Source: Candidatus Eiseniibacteriota bacterium
GTDB lineage: Bacteria > Eisenbacteria > RBG-16-71-46
Assembly: GCA_038231135.1 (NCBI GenBank)
Contig: JBBRLX010000001.1
Coordinates: forward strand, 64,001-128,000
Length of the DNA stretch: 64,000 bases
Direction of reading: 5' to 3'
Under the pieces are notes generated by a model that searched no databases, had not been told where the DNA came from, and was given only the letters and a program-made list of their open reading frames with translations. The first letter of the stretch is position 1. The number at the start of each line of letters is the position of its first letter. Shown here piece after piece: positions 51,640 through 61,549 of the stretch. The translations under genes and the position numbers were made by a program.

Positions 51640-52598
51640 GCGGCTCCGGCGTGTCGCCCGGTGCGGACCCCGGCGCCGGTGGCCCGGGGGTGCGGACGCT
51701 CACCGTGATCGTGCTCAACTGGAACGGGCTCGCCGATACGCGGGTACTGCTGCCCACGCTCGCGCGCTCGCGCATGCCGCCGGCATGGCGGCTGCGGGTG
51801 ATGGTGGTGGACAACGGCTCCACCGACGGATCGCAGGCGGCGCTCGCGCGCGAGTTCCCGGATGTCGAGCTGGTCGAGAACGGCAGCAACCTGCGGTTCG
51901 CGGGCGGCAACAACGCCGGGTTGCGCCGCGCGCTCGGGCGCGGCGACGATGCGATCATGCTGCTCAACAACGACACCGCGGCCGATCCCGCGATGCTCGA
52001 GCACCTGATCCTCGCGCTGGAGCAGGACCCGGCGGCGGGCGCCGCTGCGCCGCTCACGTATTTCGCGGCGCCGTCGCAGCGGATCTGGTACGGCGGCGGC
52101 CGCTGCATCCCCTGGCTGGGCCACGCATCGCATCGCGGGGTGCGGGCACTCGACCACGGGCAGTACCGGGCGGTCGAGCCGACCGGCTACCTGTCGGGCT
52201 GCGCGCTGCTCGCGCCGCGCGCGGTGTGGGAGCGGGTCGGCCTGCTCGACGAGCGCTACTACATCTACGCCGAGGACTGCGACTGGTGTCTGCGGGCGCG
52301 GGCGGCCGGGTACCTGCTGCTGTTCGTGCCCACGGCGCGGCTGTGGCACAAGGTGTCGGCGGCGTCGGGCGCCGCGAGCCCGTGGAAGATCTACCAGCGC
52401 CTGCGAGCGAACCTCACGATGTTCGCTCGCCATGCGCGCGGCATCGGGCGCGTGACCTGGCTGCCGGCCTTCGTGGTGCAGCAACTGGTGCTCGCGGCGT
52501 GGCTGCTCGCGCGCGGCCGGGCCGCCGCGGCGGCCGCGGTGCCGCGCGCGTTCGCCGACGCGGCGCGCGGCGTCGATCCCGGCCGGGTGCGGCTGTGA
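51636..52598 (+). CDS. Glycosyltransferase family 2 (WbbL/rhamnosyltransferase-like)
   Basis: VLNWNG, VDNGSTDGS, LLNNDT, YAEDCDW. Confidence 0.9.
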   Translation: MSGSGVSPGADPGAGGPGVRTLTVIVLNWNGLADTRVLLPTLARSRMPPAWRLRVMVVDNGSTDGSQAALAREFPDVELVENGSNLRFAGGNNAGLRRALGRGDDAIMLLNNDTAADPAMLEHLILALEQDPAAGAAAPLTYFAAPSQRIWYGGGRCIPWLGHASHRGVRALDHGQYRAVEPTGYLSGCALLAPRAVWERVGLLDERYYIYAEDCDWCLRARAAGYLLLFVPTARLWHKVSAASGAASPWKIYQRLRANLTMFARHARGIGRVTWLPAFVVQQLVLAAWLLARGRAAAAAAVPRAFADAARGVDPGRVRL

Positions 52599-53446
52599 CC
52601 GCGCTCACGATCCGCGCAGTCAAACCGGTGCGCGCCCCCGGCGAGCCGCCGCTGTTCCTCTACGAGCTGATCGACGCCATGCCCGCCGGCGCGCGCGTGC
52701 TCGACGCGGGCTGTGGCCCGGGATCATGGGACTACGCGCGGCGCCCCGACCTCGACATCTCGGGCTTCGACATCAAGTTCCCGCCGGGGCCGCCGGCGCG
52801 ACGCCCCCACGTGCAGGTGTTCCGCGGCGACATGGCGCGGCTGGCGGTGCGCAGCGGCAGCTACGATCTCACCGTGTGCCACTACGTGCTCGAACACGTC
52901 ACCGAGCTCGTGGCGTGCTGCGACGAGCTCGCGCGCGTGACGCGGCCGGGCGGCACGCTGTACCTGTCGGTCCCGCGGGCGGCGGCGTTCGACGACCGGC
53001 TCTACCGGTTCGCCGGCTATTTCGCGAAGTACGCGCTCGGCAAGTTCCAGAAGCGCATCGAGCATCAGCAGCGATTCGACTTCCTTGAGCTCGCGGAGCT
53101 GTTCTACGCCCGCGGCTTCGAGCTCGCGGCCATGGCGGTCGTGCCGGCGGGGTTCTCGTGGATGAACGACGCCCGCACCAAGCCGCTGCAGCGCCCGTTC
53201 ACGGAGTTCGTCGCGTGGCTGCACCGCACGCTCGGCGTGGACCTGGGTGCCGGCGCGAATTACGTGCTGAGCCTGAGGAAGACCGGCGCCACCGGGCTCA
53301 GGCGCGTGACGCACGTGTGCCGCGAGTGCGGCGAGCATGCGGTGATCGACCCGGTCCTGCCGTGGCCGGAACGCTGGGTGTGCCCGTGGTGCGGCCGCGA
53401 GAACCCGCTGGGCGCGCCGCGCGGACCGGCGGTCCCCGATGCGTGA
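52595..53446 (+). CDS. Class I SAM methyltransferase with C-terminal Zn-ribbon
   Basis: VLDAGCGPG, YVLEHV; CRECG...CPWCG. Confidence 0.85.
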   Translation: MTALTIRAVKPVRAPGEPPLFLYELIDAMPAGARVLDAGCGPGSWDYARRPDLDISGFDIKFPPGPPARRPHVQVFRGDMARLAVRSGSYDLTVCHYVLEHVTELVACCDELARVTRPGGTLYLSVPRAAAFDDRLYRFAGYFAKYALGKFQKRIEHQQRFDFLELAELFYARGFELAAMAVVPAGFSWMNDARTKPLQRPFTEFVAWLHRTLGVDLGAGANYVLSLRKTGATGLRRVTHVCRECGEHAVIDPVLPWPERWVCPWCGRENPLGAPRGPAVPDA

Positions 53447-54896
53447 GCATCTCAAGAAGCTCGGGGCGGAGTCGTTCGTCTACGGCATCGGCCAGGTCGG
53501 CGGCCGCGCCGTGCAGTTGCTGCTGGTGCCGATCCTCACGCGCGCGCTGGCGCCGTCGGCGTTCGGCATCTCGGAGCTGGTGATCGGCTATTCGCAGACC
53601 GCTGTGCTGATCCTGGTCATGGGCATGGACGGGGCGCTGGCGCGGTTCTTCTACCAGCAGCCCGACCGCGAGGCGCGGATCCGCATGGTGTCGTCGTCGT
53701 TGATGTTCCGGCTCGCGTCCGCGTTCACGCTGGCGGCGCTGATCGCGCTGGCTGCGGGGCCTTTGGCCGGCCACCTGATGAGCGGTGAGGCCTACCGCAA
53801 GTACCTGGTGATCGGCGCGATCACGCTGCCGTTCACGCTCACGGTGGTGTTCGGCAACGACGTGCTGCGGGTGACGTTCCAGCCGTGGAAGTTCATCACG
53901 CTCAACATCGCGCAGACCGTGGTGACGACCGCGATCGCGCTGTACTTCGTCCTCGTCCGCCACGCCGGGGTCGTGGGCGTGCTGTACGGCCGGCTCGCCG
54001 GCGACGCGTTCTCGGCGCTGCTCGCGCTCGTGCTGATCCGGCATTCGCTGCGGCCGCGATTCAGCCGGTCCACGCTGCGCATGATGCTCGGTTACGGGCT
54101 GCCCACGATTCCCGCGGCGTTCGCGTTCGGGTTCATGACGGGGCTCGACCGCTACTGGATGCAGCGCACCCGCACGCTCGACGAGGTCGCGGTGTACGCC
54201 GTGGCGCTCAAGTTCTTCGCGGTCGTCACGATCGCCGCCTCGGCGTTCCAGCTGGCGTATGGGCCGTTCGCGTTCGCGCGCGCCGGCCGGGAGGAGGCGC
54301 CGCGGCTGTATGCCCGGGTGTTCGGCGCCTACGTGGCGGTCGCGTCGACGGGCGCCCTGCTGGTGGCGGCGTTCGTGCCCGACGTCCTGCGCGTGCTGGT
54401 GCCGCCGCAATACGCCGGCGCCGCGGTGCCCGCGCTGTGGCTGGCCTTTGCGGCCGTGACGCTCGGAGCCTACACTGTCGCCTCGCTCGGAATCGGACTC
54501 GCGCTCAAGACTCCGCTGCTGGGCTGGTGCAGCGGCGGGGCGCTGGCGGTGGCGGTCGGAGCTCATTCGCTGCTCACGTCGCGCTACGGCGGTCCCGGGG
54601 CGGCGATCGCCACGTTCCTGGGCTACGCGACGACGGCGTTTCTCACCTACCGGGTCGCGCAGCACGTGCATCCGCTGCCCTATCGCGGGGGCCGCGCGGT
54701 TCTGGTGGTGGCGCTGGCGCTCGGGTTCGCGCTCGGGCTGCAGCGGTGGGCGCCGCCGGGAGTGGTGGGAGTGGCGGTGAAGCTGGCAGCGGTGGCGGCA
54801 TTCGCCGCGGTCATGCTGATGCTCAAGATGCATCGGAGTCAGGGGACCGTATCGCCGCGGTGGCGGCCGGCATCTCCGGCGGAACCGCCGGCGTGA
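53439..54896 (+). CDS. Wzx-like oligosaccharide flippase
   Basis: LKKLGAESFVYG, LLVPILTRAL..FG, GMDGALARF, DRY; ~12-14 TM segments. Confidence 0.85.
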   Translation: MREHLKKLGAESFVYGIGQVGGRAVQLLLVPILTRALAPSAFGISELVIGYSQTAVLILVMGMDGALARFFYQQPDREARIRMVSSSLMFRLASAFTLAALIALAAGPLAGHLMSGEAYRKYLVIGAITLPFTLTVVFGNDVLRVTFQPWKFITLNIAQTVVTTAIALYFVLVRHAGVVGVLYGRLAGDAFSALLALVLIRHSLRPRFSRSTLRMMLGYGLPTIPAAFAFGFMTGLDRYWMQRTRTLDEVAVYAVALKFFAVVTIAASAFQLAYGPFAFARAGREEAPRLYARVFGAYVAVASTGALLVAAFVPDVLRVLVPPQYAGAAVPALWLAFAAVTLGAYTVASLGIGLALKTPLLGWCSGGALAVAVGAHSLLTSRYGGPGAAIATFLGYATTAFLTYRVAQHVHPLPYRGGRAVLVVALALGFALGLQRWAPPGVVGVAVKLAAVAAFAAVMLMLKMHRSQGTVSPRWRPASPAEPPA

Positions 54897-54941
54897 GCGC
54901 GTCCGGCCGCTGAAGCAGGGAATCTTCGGGAGGCGTCGCCG

Positions 54942-57128
54942 ATGTGCGGGATCGCGGGCGTGATGGTGCAGGACGGACGGGTCGATCTCGGCCGGCTGCG
55001 GCGGATGTCGGAGCTGCTGCGGCACCGCGGGCCCGACGACGAGGGCACGGTGCTGATCGACCCCGCGAGCGGCACCGCGCTGCCGCTCGCCGGCGCCGAC
55101 ACTCCGGAGGCGGTGCTCGCGAGCCGGTTCCCGTTCGCGCCCGGGCGGGGCAAGGGTAATCCCGCGAACGCGCAGTTCCGCGTGGGACTCGTCAATCGCC
55201 GGCTCGCGATCGTCGACCTGTCGCCCGCCGGCCACAACCCGCTGTCGGACGCCGACGCCACCGTGTGGATCACCTACAATGGCGAGGTCTACAACCATAT
55301 CGAGCTGCGGGGCGAGCTGGAGCGGCTGGGGCACACGTTCCAGGGTCACACGGACACCGAGGTGGTGCTCGAGGCCTGGAAGGAGTGGGGTCCCGAGTGT
55401 CTGCCGCGGTTCAACGGCATGTTCGCGTTCGCGATCTGGGATGGCCGCCGCCAGGAGCTGTTCTGCGCCCGTGACCGGTTCGGCGTGAAGCCGTTCTACT
55501 ACCAGTGGGATGGCCGCGACTTCGCGTTCGCGTCCGAGCCCAAGGCGCTCGTGCTCACCCAGACCGGCCCGATCCGGCCGCGGCTCGAAGCGGTGCGCGA
55601 TCTGCTGGCGCTCGACTGGGTGGATCACGAGGCCCGGACGTTCTTCGAGGGCGTGTGGCAGCTGCCGGGCGGTCACTACTTCCACCGCACCCGCGATTCG
55701 GTGCGCCTCGAACGCTGGTGGTCGCTCGACCCCCGGCGCCGCACGCACGGCACCGAGGCGGAGCGCGCCGCGGAGTTCGCGCGGCTGTTCACGAGTGCCG
55801 TCGAGCTGCGGCTGCGCGCGGATGTCGAAGTCGGCTCCTGCCTGTCGGGCGGGCTCGATTCCAGCGCGGTCGTCACCACCGCGTCGCGGCTGGCGGGGCG
55901 CCCGCTCCATGCGTTCACCTGCGCCTACGACGAGGGGCCGGCCTACGACGAGCGCGGCTACGTGCAGGTGGTGTGCGACGCCAGCGGCGCGGTGCCCCAC
56001 GTGGTGATGCCGGCGGGCGATGACTTCTGGCCGGTGTTCGACCGGCTGGCGAGCGGGCAGGACGAGCCGACCGCCGGCCCGGGGCTCTACTCCCAGTGGA
56101 AGGTGATGGAGCTCGCGCATCAGGCCGGCCTCAAGGTGCTGCTCGACGGCCAGGGCGGCGACGAGACGCTGGCGGGCTACTGGCGCTACCTGCCGATCCG
56201 GCTGCGGGACCACCTCACCACCGGCCGGTTCGGCGAGTTCGCCGGCCTGTTCGGCCCGGTGGCGGAGCGGCTCGGTGTCACGACCACGCTCGCGCTCACG
56301 ATGGAGCCGTTCCTGCCGCGCGGCCTGGTCGCGCCGCTCAGGCGGCGCTACGGGCAGGGCAAGGACCGCGTGCTCGGCCCGGCGTTGCGCGCGGCCCACC
56401 TCGGGCCGCCGCCGCAGCTCACCCCCGACTCGGGCTTCCCGACCGCGTTGTCGCGGCAGCTCGCGTTCGACACGCTGCAGCGGCTGCTGCCGTCGCTGCT
56501 GCGCTACGAGGACCGCAACAGCATGGCGTTCTCGATCGAGACGCGGTTGCCGTTCCTCGACTACCGGCTCGTGGAGTTCGTGTTCTCGCTCCCCGACGAA
56601 GACAAGCTCGACGGTGCGACGACCAAGGCGATCGAGCGCCGCGCGCTGCAGGACCGCATCCCGAAGCGCGTGCTCGACCGCACCGACAAGATGGGTTTCG
56701 AGACGCCCACCGATCTATGGCTGCGCGGCCGGCACGCCGACGAGGTGCGGCGGCGGCTGCTGCTCACCGGCCCGCTCCAGGAGTGGATCGACGGGGTCGC
56801 GATGCGCGAACAGCTCGAGGACTACCTGGCGGGCCGGCGAGACATCGGGCTCCAGGTCTGGCGCTGGCTGTCGCTCGACGCGTGGATGCGCGAGTACATC
56901 ACCGGGGATCCGCGCGCGGCCGTGCGGGGGTTGCGCACACCGGCGCCGACCGCGCGGCTGCGCACGGTCGGCGCCCCGCGCTACGTGCGCGTGCGCGAGC
57001 TGTCGAGCGGTGCGCCGGGGATCGGCGCCGTCGTGCCGCAGGCCGGGGTACCGGCCGTGGCCGCGGCGCCCGCGGGGATCCGTTCGCAGGGGGCTTCGGC
57101 TCCCGGCCCGTCCGGCCCGCGTTCCTGA
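54942..57128 (+). CDS. asnB: Asparagine synthase-type glutamine amidotransferase (glycan-associated)
   Basis: MCGIAG, HRGPDDEG, NGEVYNH, LSGGLDSS, DGQGGDE, RLPFLDYRL. Confidence 0.92.
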   Translation: MCGIAGVMVQDGRVDLGRLRRMSELLRHRGPDDEGTVLIDPASGTALPLAGADTPEAVLASRFPFAPGRGKGNPANAQFRVGLVNRRLAIVDLSPAGHNPLSDADATVWITYNGEVYNHIELRGELERLGHTFQGHTDTEVVLEAWKEWGPECLPRFNGMFAFAIWDGRRQELFCARDRFGVKPFYYQWDGRDFAFASEPKALVLTQTGPIRPRLEAVRDLLALDWVDHEARTFFEGVWQLPGGHYFHRTRDSVRLERWWSLDPRRRTHGTEAERAAEFARLFTSAVELRLRADVEVGSCLSGGLDSSAVVTTASRLAGRPLHAFTCAYDEGPAYDERGYVQVVCDASGAVPHVVMPAGDDFWPVFDRLASGQDEPTAGPGLYSQWKVMELAHQAGLKVLLDGQGGDETLAGYWRYLPIRLRDHLTTGRFGEFAGLFGPVAERLGVTTTLALTMEPFLPRGLVAPLRRRYGQGKDRVLGPALRAAHLGPPPQLTPDSGFPTALSRQLAFDTLQRLLPSLLRYEDRNSMAFSIETRLPFLDYRLVEFVFSLPDEDKLDGATTKAIERRALQDRIPKRVLDRTDKMGFETPTDLWLRGRHADEVRRRLLLTGPLQEWIDGVAMREQLEDYLAGRRDIGLQVWRWLSLDAWMREYITGDPRAAVRGLRTPAPTARLRTVGAPRYVRVRELSSGAPGIGAVVPQAGVPAVAAAPAGIRSQGASAPGPSGPRS

Positions 57129-57140
57129 GGCACGGCACTC

Positions 57141-58265
57141 GTGGACCTCGTGGTGCTCTCCGAGGTCCGCTGGGGATACTTTCGCACCCGCAAGCAATTC
57201 CTGCTGTCGCGGTTCCCCGAATCGTGGCGGATCTTCTTCGCGCAGCCGCCCGGCGGCGGCAGCGACGATCCCTGGACGCCGCGCCGCGAGGGCAACGTCA
57301 CCTGCTTCACGGTGCCGTTCCTCAAGCCCGGCACCCGGAGTCCGATCTACAACGCGGCGATCGCCACGTCCGCCGGCCGCGCGGCGGTGGAGTGGATCGC
57401 GGCCCGGCAGCTCGGCCACCGGCTCAAGGCTCTGGGAGTCGGGCCGTCGCCGGTGGTGGTGGTGTCCAACATCTACGCCGCGGGCGCGCTTTCGCGGCTG
57501 CGCGCGAACCGTGTATTCTACGATTTCAATGACAGTCCGTTTCAGTTCTCCACGTCGCCGGCCTGGGCCGGGACGTACTGGCAGCGCACCCGCAGTCAGG
57601 TGGACCTGTTCTTCGTGGTGTCCGAGTACTATCGCCGCCAGTTGAGTCGCGAGACCGATCGGCCGCTCGTCCTGATCGGCAACGGCGTGGAGTGGGAGCG
57701 GTTCTCGACCCCCCGGCCGGTGCCCGCGGATCTGAGCGGGCTGCCGCGGCCGCTCATCGGCTATGTGGGGCTGCTGTCTCACTTCCTGGATTTCGGTGCG
57801 CTCGAGGCGCTGCGCGAGGCACGGCGTGGAGGCACACTGGTGCTGATCGGCCCCGGCAGTCCCGCCACCGACGCCGCGGTCGCCGAGTTCGGCCGCAAGG
57901 ACGGCGTGCGGGTGCTCGGGCCCCGTGCCTATGATGACGTGCCGGCCTACATGCAGGCGCTCGACGTCGGCGTGATCCCATTCCGCGCCGCCGATCCCCA
58001 CGTGCAGGGCATCAATCCGAACAAGGTGTACCAGTATCTGGCCGCCGGCGTGCCGGTGGTGACCACGCCGATCCTGGATCTGGCGCCGGCGCCGCCCGCG
58101 CTCCAGCACGCACTCAACGCCGCGTCGATGGCGCTCGCCCTGGGGCGCGCGCTCGACGCGCCGCGTGATCGCGACGCATGCCGCGCGCTCGCCCGGCCGC
58201 ACGACTGGTCGGTGCTCGCCGCCCGCATGGTCCAGGCGATCGAACAGCGGCTCGCCGCCGCCTGA
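57141..58265 (+). CDS. GT-B glycosyltransferase (TuaH-like)
   Basis: RKQFL, NGVEWERF, IGYVG, NPNKVYQYLAAGVPVV. Confidence 0.85.
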   Translation: MDLVVLSEVRWGYFRTRKQFLLSRFPESWRIFFAQPPGGGSDDPWTPRREGNVTCFTVPFLKPGTRSPIYNAAIATSAGRAAVEWIAARQLGHRLKALGVGPSPVVVVSNIYAAGALSRLRANRVFYDFNDSPFQFSTSPAWAGTYWQRTRSQVDLFFVVSEYYRRQLSRETDRPLVLIGNGVEWERFSTPRPVPADLSGLPRPLIGYVGLLSHFLDFGALEALREARRGGTLVLIGPGSPATDAAVAEFGRKDGVRVLGPRAYDDVPAYMQALDVGVIPFRAADPHVQGINPNKVYQYLAAGVPVVTTPILDLAPAPPALQHALNAASMALALGRALDAPRDRDACRALARPHDWSVLAARMVQAIEQRLAAA

Positions 58266-58301
58266 CGCGACGTTCCACCTCCACCCGGGAACCTAGATTC
58301 C

Positions 58302-60773
58302 ATGTCCGAGCGCAGGACCGTGAAACCCGCCCGCAAGCCGATCGACGCCACGCGGCCGCCGGCGCGCGCGGCGGGCTTCACGCTCGACACCCGCTGGGTC
58401 GCGATCGTGTTCGGCCTGCTCGTGGTGCTGTTCTTCCACGACGTGGTCGTCGGCGGCAAGACGTTCGTGTCGCCGGACACCACGGCCCCGGCGGGCTTCG
58501 TGCGCATGGGGGAGCAGGCGCTGTATCACGATCACTATTACCCGCTGTGGAACCCGTATGTGTTCCTCGGCATGCCGTCGTTCGCGAGCGGCGCCTACAA
58601 CCCCCTGATCTATCCGCCCGACTGGCCGCTGGCGCTGGTGCAGAAGGTGCTGCCGTTCCTGCCCGACCTGACGTGGATGCTGCTCTACTACTTCCTCGGC
58701 GGCGTGTTCATGTTCCTGCTGGCGCGGGACTGGGGCGCCCGGCCCGAGGGCGCGCTGCTCGCCGCGGTGGCGTACGTGTTCGCGCCGAACCTGATCGCGG
58801 TGGGGTCGCACGGCCACGGCAGCCAGCTCGTGGATTCGATGTACCTGCCGCTGATGATGTGGCTGGGGTCACGCTGGATGCAGCGCGGGCGGCTCACGGA
58901 TCTGGGCTGGCTCGCGATCGCGGGCGGCTTCCAGCTGCTGCGCGGCCACGTGCAGATCTGCTTCTACACCTGGATGGCGCTCGGGCTCTACACCGTGGCC
59001 GAGCTGATCGCGTCGATCCGCGCCGGTGCCGTGCCGGAGCGGCTCGCGCGGGCGGGCGGCATGCTGGCGGCGGCGCTGCTCGCGTTCGGCATCGCGGGGT
59101 TCTACAACCTGCCGCTGCGCGACTACGCGCAGTACTCCATCCGCGGCGGTACCGACGTGGGCGGTGGCGTGGGACAGGAGTACGCCACCGCGTGGTCGTT
59201 CGCGCTCTATGAGCTGCCGTCGATCGTGGTGCCGGGCTGGGCCGGGTTCGGAGGCCAGACCTACTGGGGCGGCATGCCGTTCACCGACTACCCGAACGCG
59301 TTCGTCGGCATCGTCACGGTGGTGCTCGCGCTGTGCGCGGGGTTCGCGGTGGTGCGGCGGCGCGCGTTCGTGCTGGTGCTCGCCGTGTTCGCGCTGCTCG
59401 TGGCGTTCGGCAAGAACTTCCCGCTCTACGGCGTGCTGTACGGGCATCTGCCGCTGTTCAACAAGTTCCGCATCCCGGTGATGATCGTGCTGCTGTTCCA
59501 GCTGGCGGCGGCGCTGGGGCTCGCGTGGGGGTGGAGCGCCGTGCTCGAGCTCGCGCACGGCGACCGGGCGCGCCGCGAGCGGCTCGCGAAGCTGCTGCTC
59601 GCGATGGCGGCGGTGCTCGCGATCGTGCTGGTCGCGGGCGTGTTCGGGCAGGACCTGTGGCGCAGCGGGTACATCGCGAACGCCATGCGGCTGCGGAACG
59701 TGCCCGGACTCGGCTACACCCCCGAGCTGGGGGCCCAGGCGTACACCGCTTACGTGGGCGACCTCGGCCGCGCGTGCCTGCTCGGGCTGCTCGCGATCGG
59801 CGCCGCGTGGCTGGCGCTGCGCGGGCGACTGGCGCCGCGGGTCGCCAGCCTCGTCGTGCTCGGGCTCCTGATGGTCGAGCTGTGGCCGGTGAGCGGGCGG
59901 CTGATGGCCCCCGTGATCGGCGATCCCGTCCAGCGTAACGCCGAACAGGGCCGCGACGACGTCACCGATTTCCTGGTCCAGGCGGGCCCGCCTGGCACGT
60001 TCCGCGTGCTGCCGGTGGAGGAGTTCCAGAACAACCGGTTCGCGGGCTTCGGCATTGCGTCGGTCGGCGGCTACCATGCGGCCAAGCCGCGCCGCATCCA
60101 GGATTTCATGGACTACGGCGCGAACCGGGAGCTGGTGTTCGATCCCCGCTGGATGCGGCTGCTCAACGTGCGGTTCATCGTCACCCACCAGAAGCTCGAG
60201 CCCGCGCCGCCGTATCTCAAGCTGGTGCACGAGGGCTCGGCGCTCGTGTACGAGAACCTGTCGGCGCTGCCGCGCGCGACACTGGTCGGCAACTACCGCG
60301 TGGTGACGCCGGCGAAGGCGATCCTCGATTCGGTCCGGAACGGATCCAGCGACAGCGCGCTGCTCACGTATCTCGAGCAGGATCCCAAGCTCACGCTCGG
60401 CCCGCTCGCGGGCCCGTCCGCCGCCGTGGTGAGCCGCTACCGCTTGAACGACGTGACGGTGGACGTCGATACGCCGGCGCCCGCGCTGCTGCGGCTCGCC
60501 GACGCGTGGTACCCCGACTGGGTCGCGACGGTCGACGGTCACGCGGCGCCGCTGTACGCCGCCGACTACCTGCTGCGGGCGGTGCCAGTGCCGGCGGGCA
60601 AGCACCAGGTCCGGTTCACGTTCCAATCGAAGGCGGTCGGCGCCGGGCTGTTGGTGTCGATCGCGAGCTGCCTGATCTCGCTCGGCCTGCTGATCGCCGG
60701 TATGGCGTTGCAGCGGCGCCGCGAATCGTCACCGCCGGGCGCCGTCGCGGCGGCCGCCGCACCGGGGGCGTGA
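58302..60773 (+). CDS. YfhO-family GT-C membrane protein
   Basis: PLWNPYVFLGMP, HVQICFY, PLFNKFR, DAWYPDW.ATVDG, VPAGKHQV. Confidence 0.88.
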   Translation: MSERRTVKPARKPIDATRPPARAAGFTLDTRWVAIVFGLLVVLFFHDVVVGGKTFVSPDTTAPAGFVRMGEQALYHDHYYPLWNPYVFLGMPSFASGAYNPLIYPPDWPLALVQKVLPFLPDLTWMLLYYFLGGVFMFLLARDWGARPEGALLAAVAYVFAPNLIAVGSHGHGSQLVDSMYLPLMMWLGSRWMQRGRLTDLGWLAIAGGFQLLRGHVQICFYTWMALGLYTVAELIASIRAGAVPERLARAGGMLAAALLAFGIAGFYNLPLRDYAQYSIRGGTDVGGGVGQEYATAWSFALYELPSIVVPGWAGFGGQTYWGGMPFTDYPNAFVGIVTVVLALCAGFAVVRRRAFVLVLAVFALLVAFGKNFPLYGVLYGHLPLFNKFRIPVMIVLLFQLAAALGLAWGWSAVLELAHGDRARRERLAKLLLAMAAVLAIVLVAGVFGQDLWRSGYIANAMRLRNVPGLGYTPELGAQAYTAYVGDLGRACLLGLLAIGAAWLALRGRLAPRVASLVVLGLLMVELWPVSGRLMAPVIGDPVQRNAEQGRDDVTDFLVQAGPPGTFRVLPVEEFQNNRFAGFGIASVGGYHAAKPRRIQDFMDYGANRELVFDPRWMRLLNVRFIVTHQKLEPAPPYLKLVHEGSALVYENLSALPRATLVGNYRVVTPAKAILDSVRNGSSDSALLTYLEQDPKLTLGPLAGPSAAVVSRYRLNDVTVDVDTPAPALLRLADAWYPDWVATVDGHAAPLYAADYLLRAVPVPAGKHQVRFTFQSKAVGAGLLVSIASCLISLGLLIAGMALQRRRESSPPGAVAAAAAPGA

Positions 60774-60798
60774 GCCCGGCCGGGCCGCGCAACGACAC

Positions 60799-61515
60799 GT
60801 GGAAAAACTCGTCATCGTACCGACCTACAACGAGCGCGACAACATCGAGCCGTTGCTGCGGCGCATCCTGGCGCAGCCGCTCGACCTGCACGTGCTGGTC
60901 GTCGACGACGGTTCGCCGGACGGCACGGCGGCGGTGGTGCGCGAATGGATGACCACGGAGGCGCGCCTCCACCTGATCGAGCGGGCCGGCAAGATGGGAC
61001 TCGGCTCCGCCTACCGCGAGGGCTTCCGTTACGCGCTCGACCACGGCGCCCAGTACATCTTCGAGATGGACGCCGACTTCTCGCACGACCCCGACAGCCT
61101 GGGCGCGTTCCTCGAGCACATCGAGCACGCCGACGTGGTGCTCGGCTCGCGCTACCTGAACGGCGTCACGGTCGTGAACTGGCCGATCCAGCGGCTGATC
61201 CTGTCGTACCTCGCGAACCGCTACACGCGGCTCATCACCGGTCTGCCGGTGAACGACGCCACCGGAGGCTTCAAGTGTTTCCGCCGGCGGGCGCTCGAGG
61301 CGGTGCGGCTCGACAAGGTGAAGTCCGACGGCTACTCGTTCCAGATCGAGATGACGTTCAAGATCTGGCGCAAGGGGTTCCGGATCGTCGAGATCCCGAT
61401 CCTGTTCGTGGATCGCCGGGCCGGGGTGTCCAAGATGAACCGCAAGATCGTGTGGGAGGCGGCCTGGATGGTGTGGCGGCTGCGGTTCAACGACTGGTTC
61501 GGCCAGCTCGAATGA
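60799..61515 (+). CDS. Polyprenol monophosphomannose synthase (DPM1/Ppm1-like GT2)
   Basis: IVPTYNERDN, VDDGSPDGT, GLGSAY, EMDADFSHDP, DATGGF, GYSFQIEM. Confidence 0.92.
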   Translation: MEKLVIVPTYNERDNIEPLLRRILAQPLDLHVLVVDDGSPDGTAAVVREWMTTEARLHLIERAGKMGLGSAYREGFRYALDHGAQYIFEMDADFSHDPDSLGAFLEHIEHADVVLGSRYLNGVTVVNWPIQRLILSYLANRYTRLITGLPVNDATGGFKCFRRRALEAVRLDKVKSDGYSFQIEMTFKIWRKGFRIVEIPILFVDRRAGVSKMNRKIVWEAAWMVWRLRFNDWFGQLE

Positions 61516-61549
61516 CGCAGTCCGGGCGGATCCGGGGTATTCTAGGGGC

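Noticed and set aside
53298..56399. 1033-aa minus-strand ORF
   Set aside because: Antisense shadow of wzx/asnB
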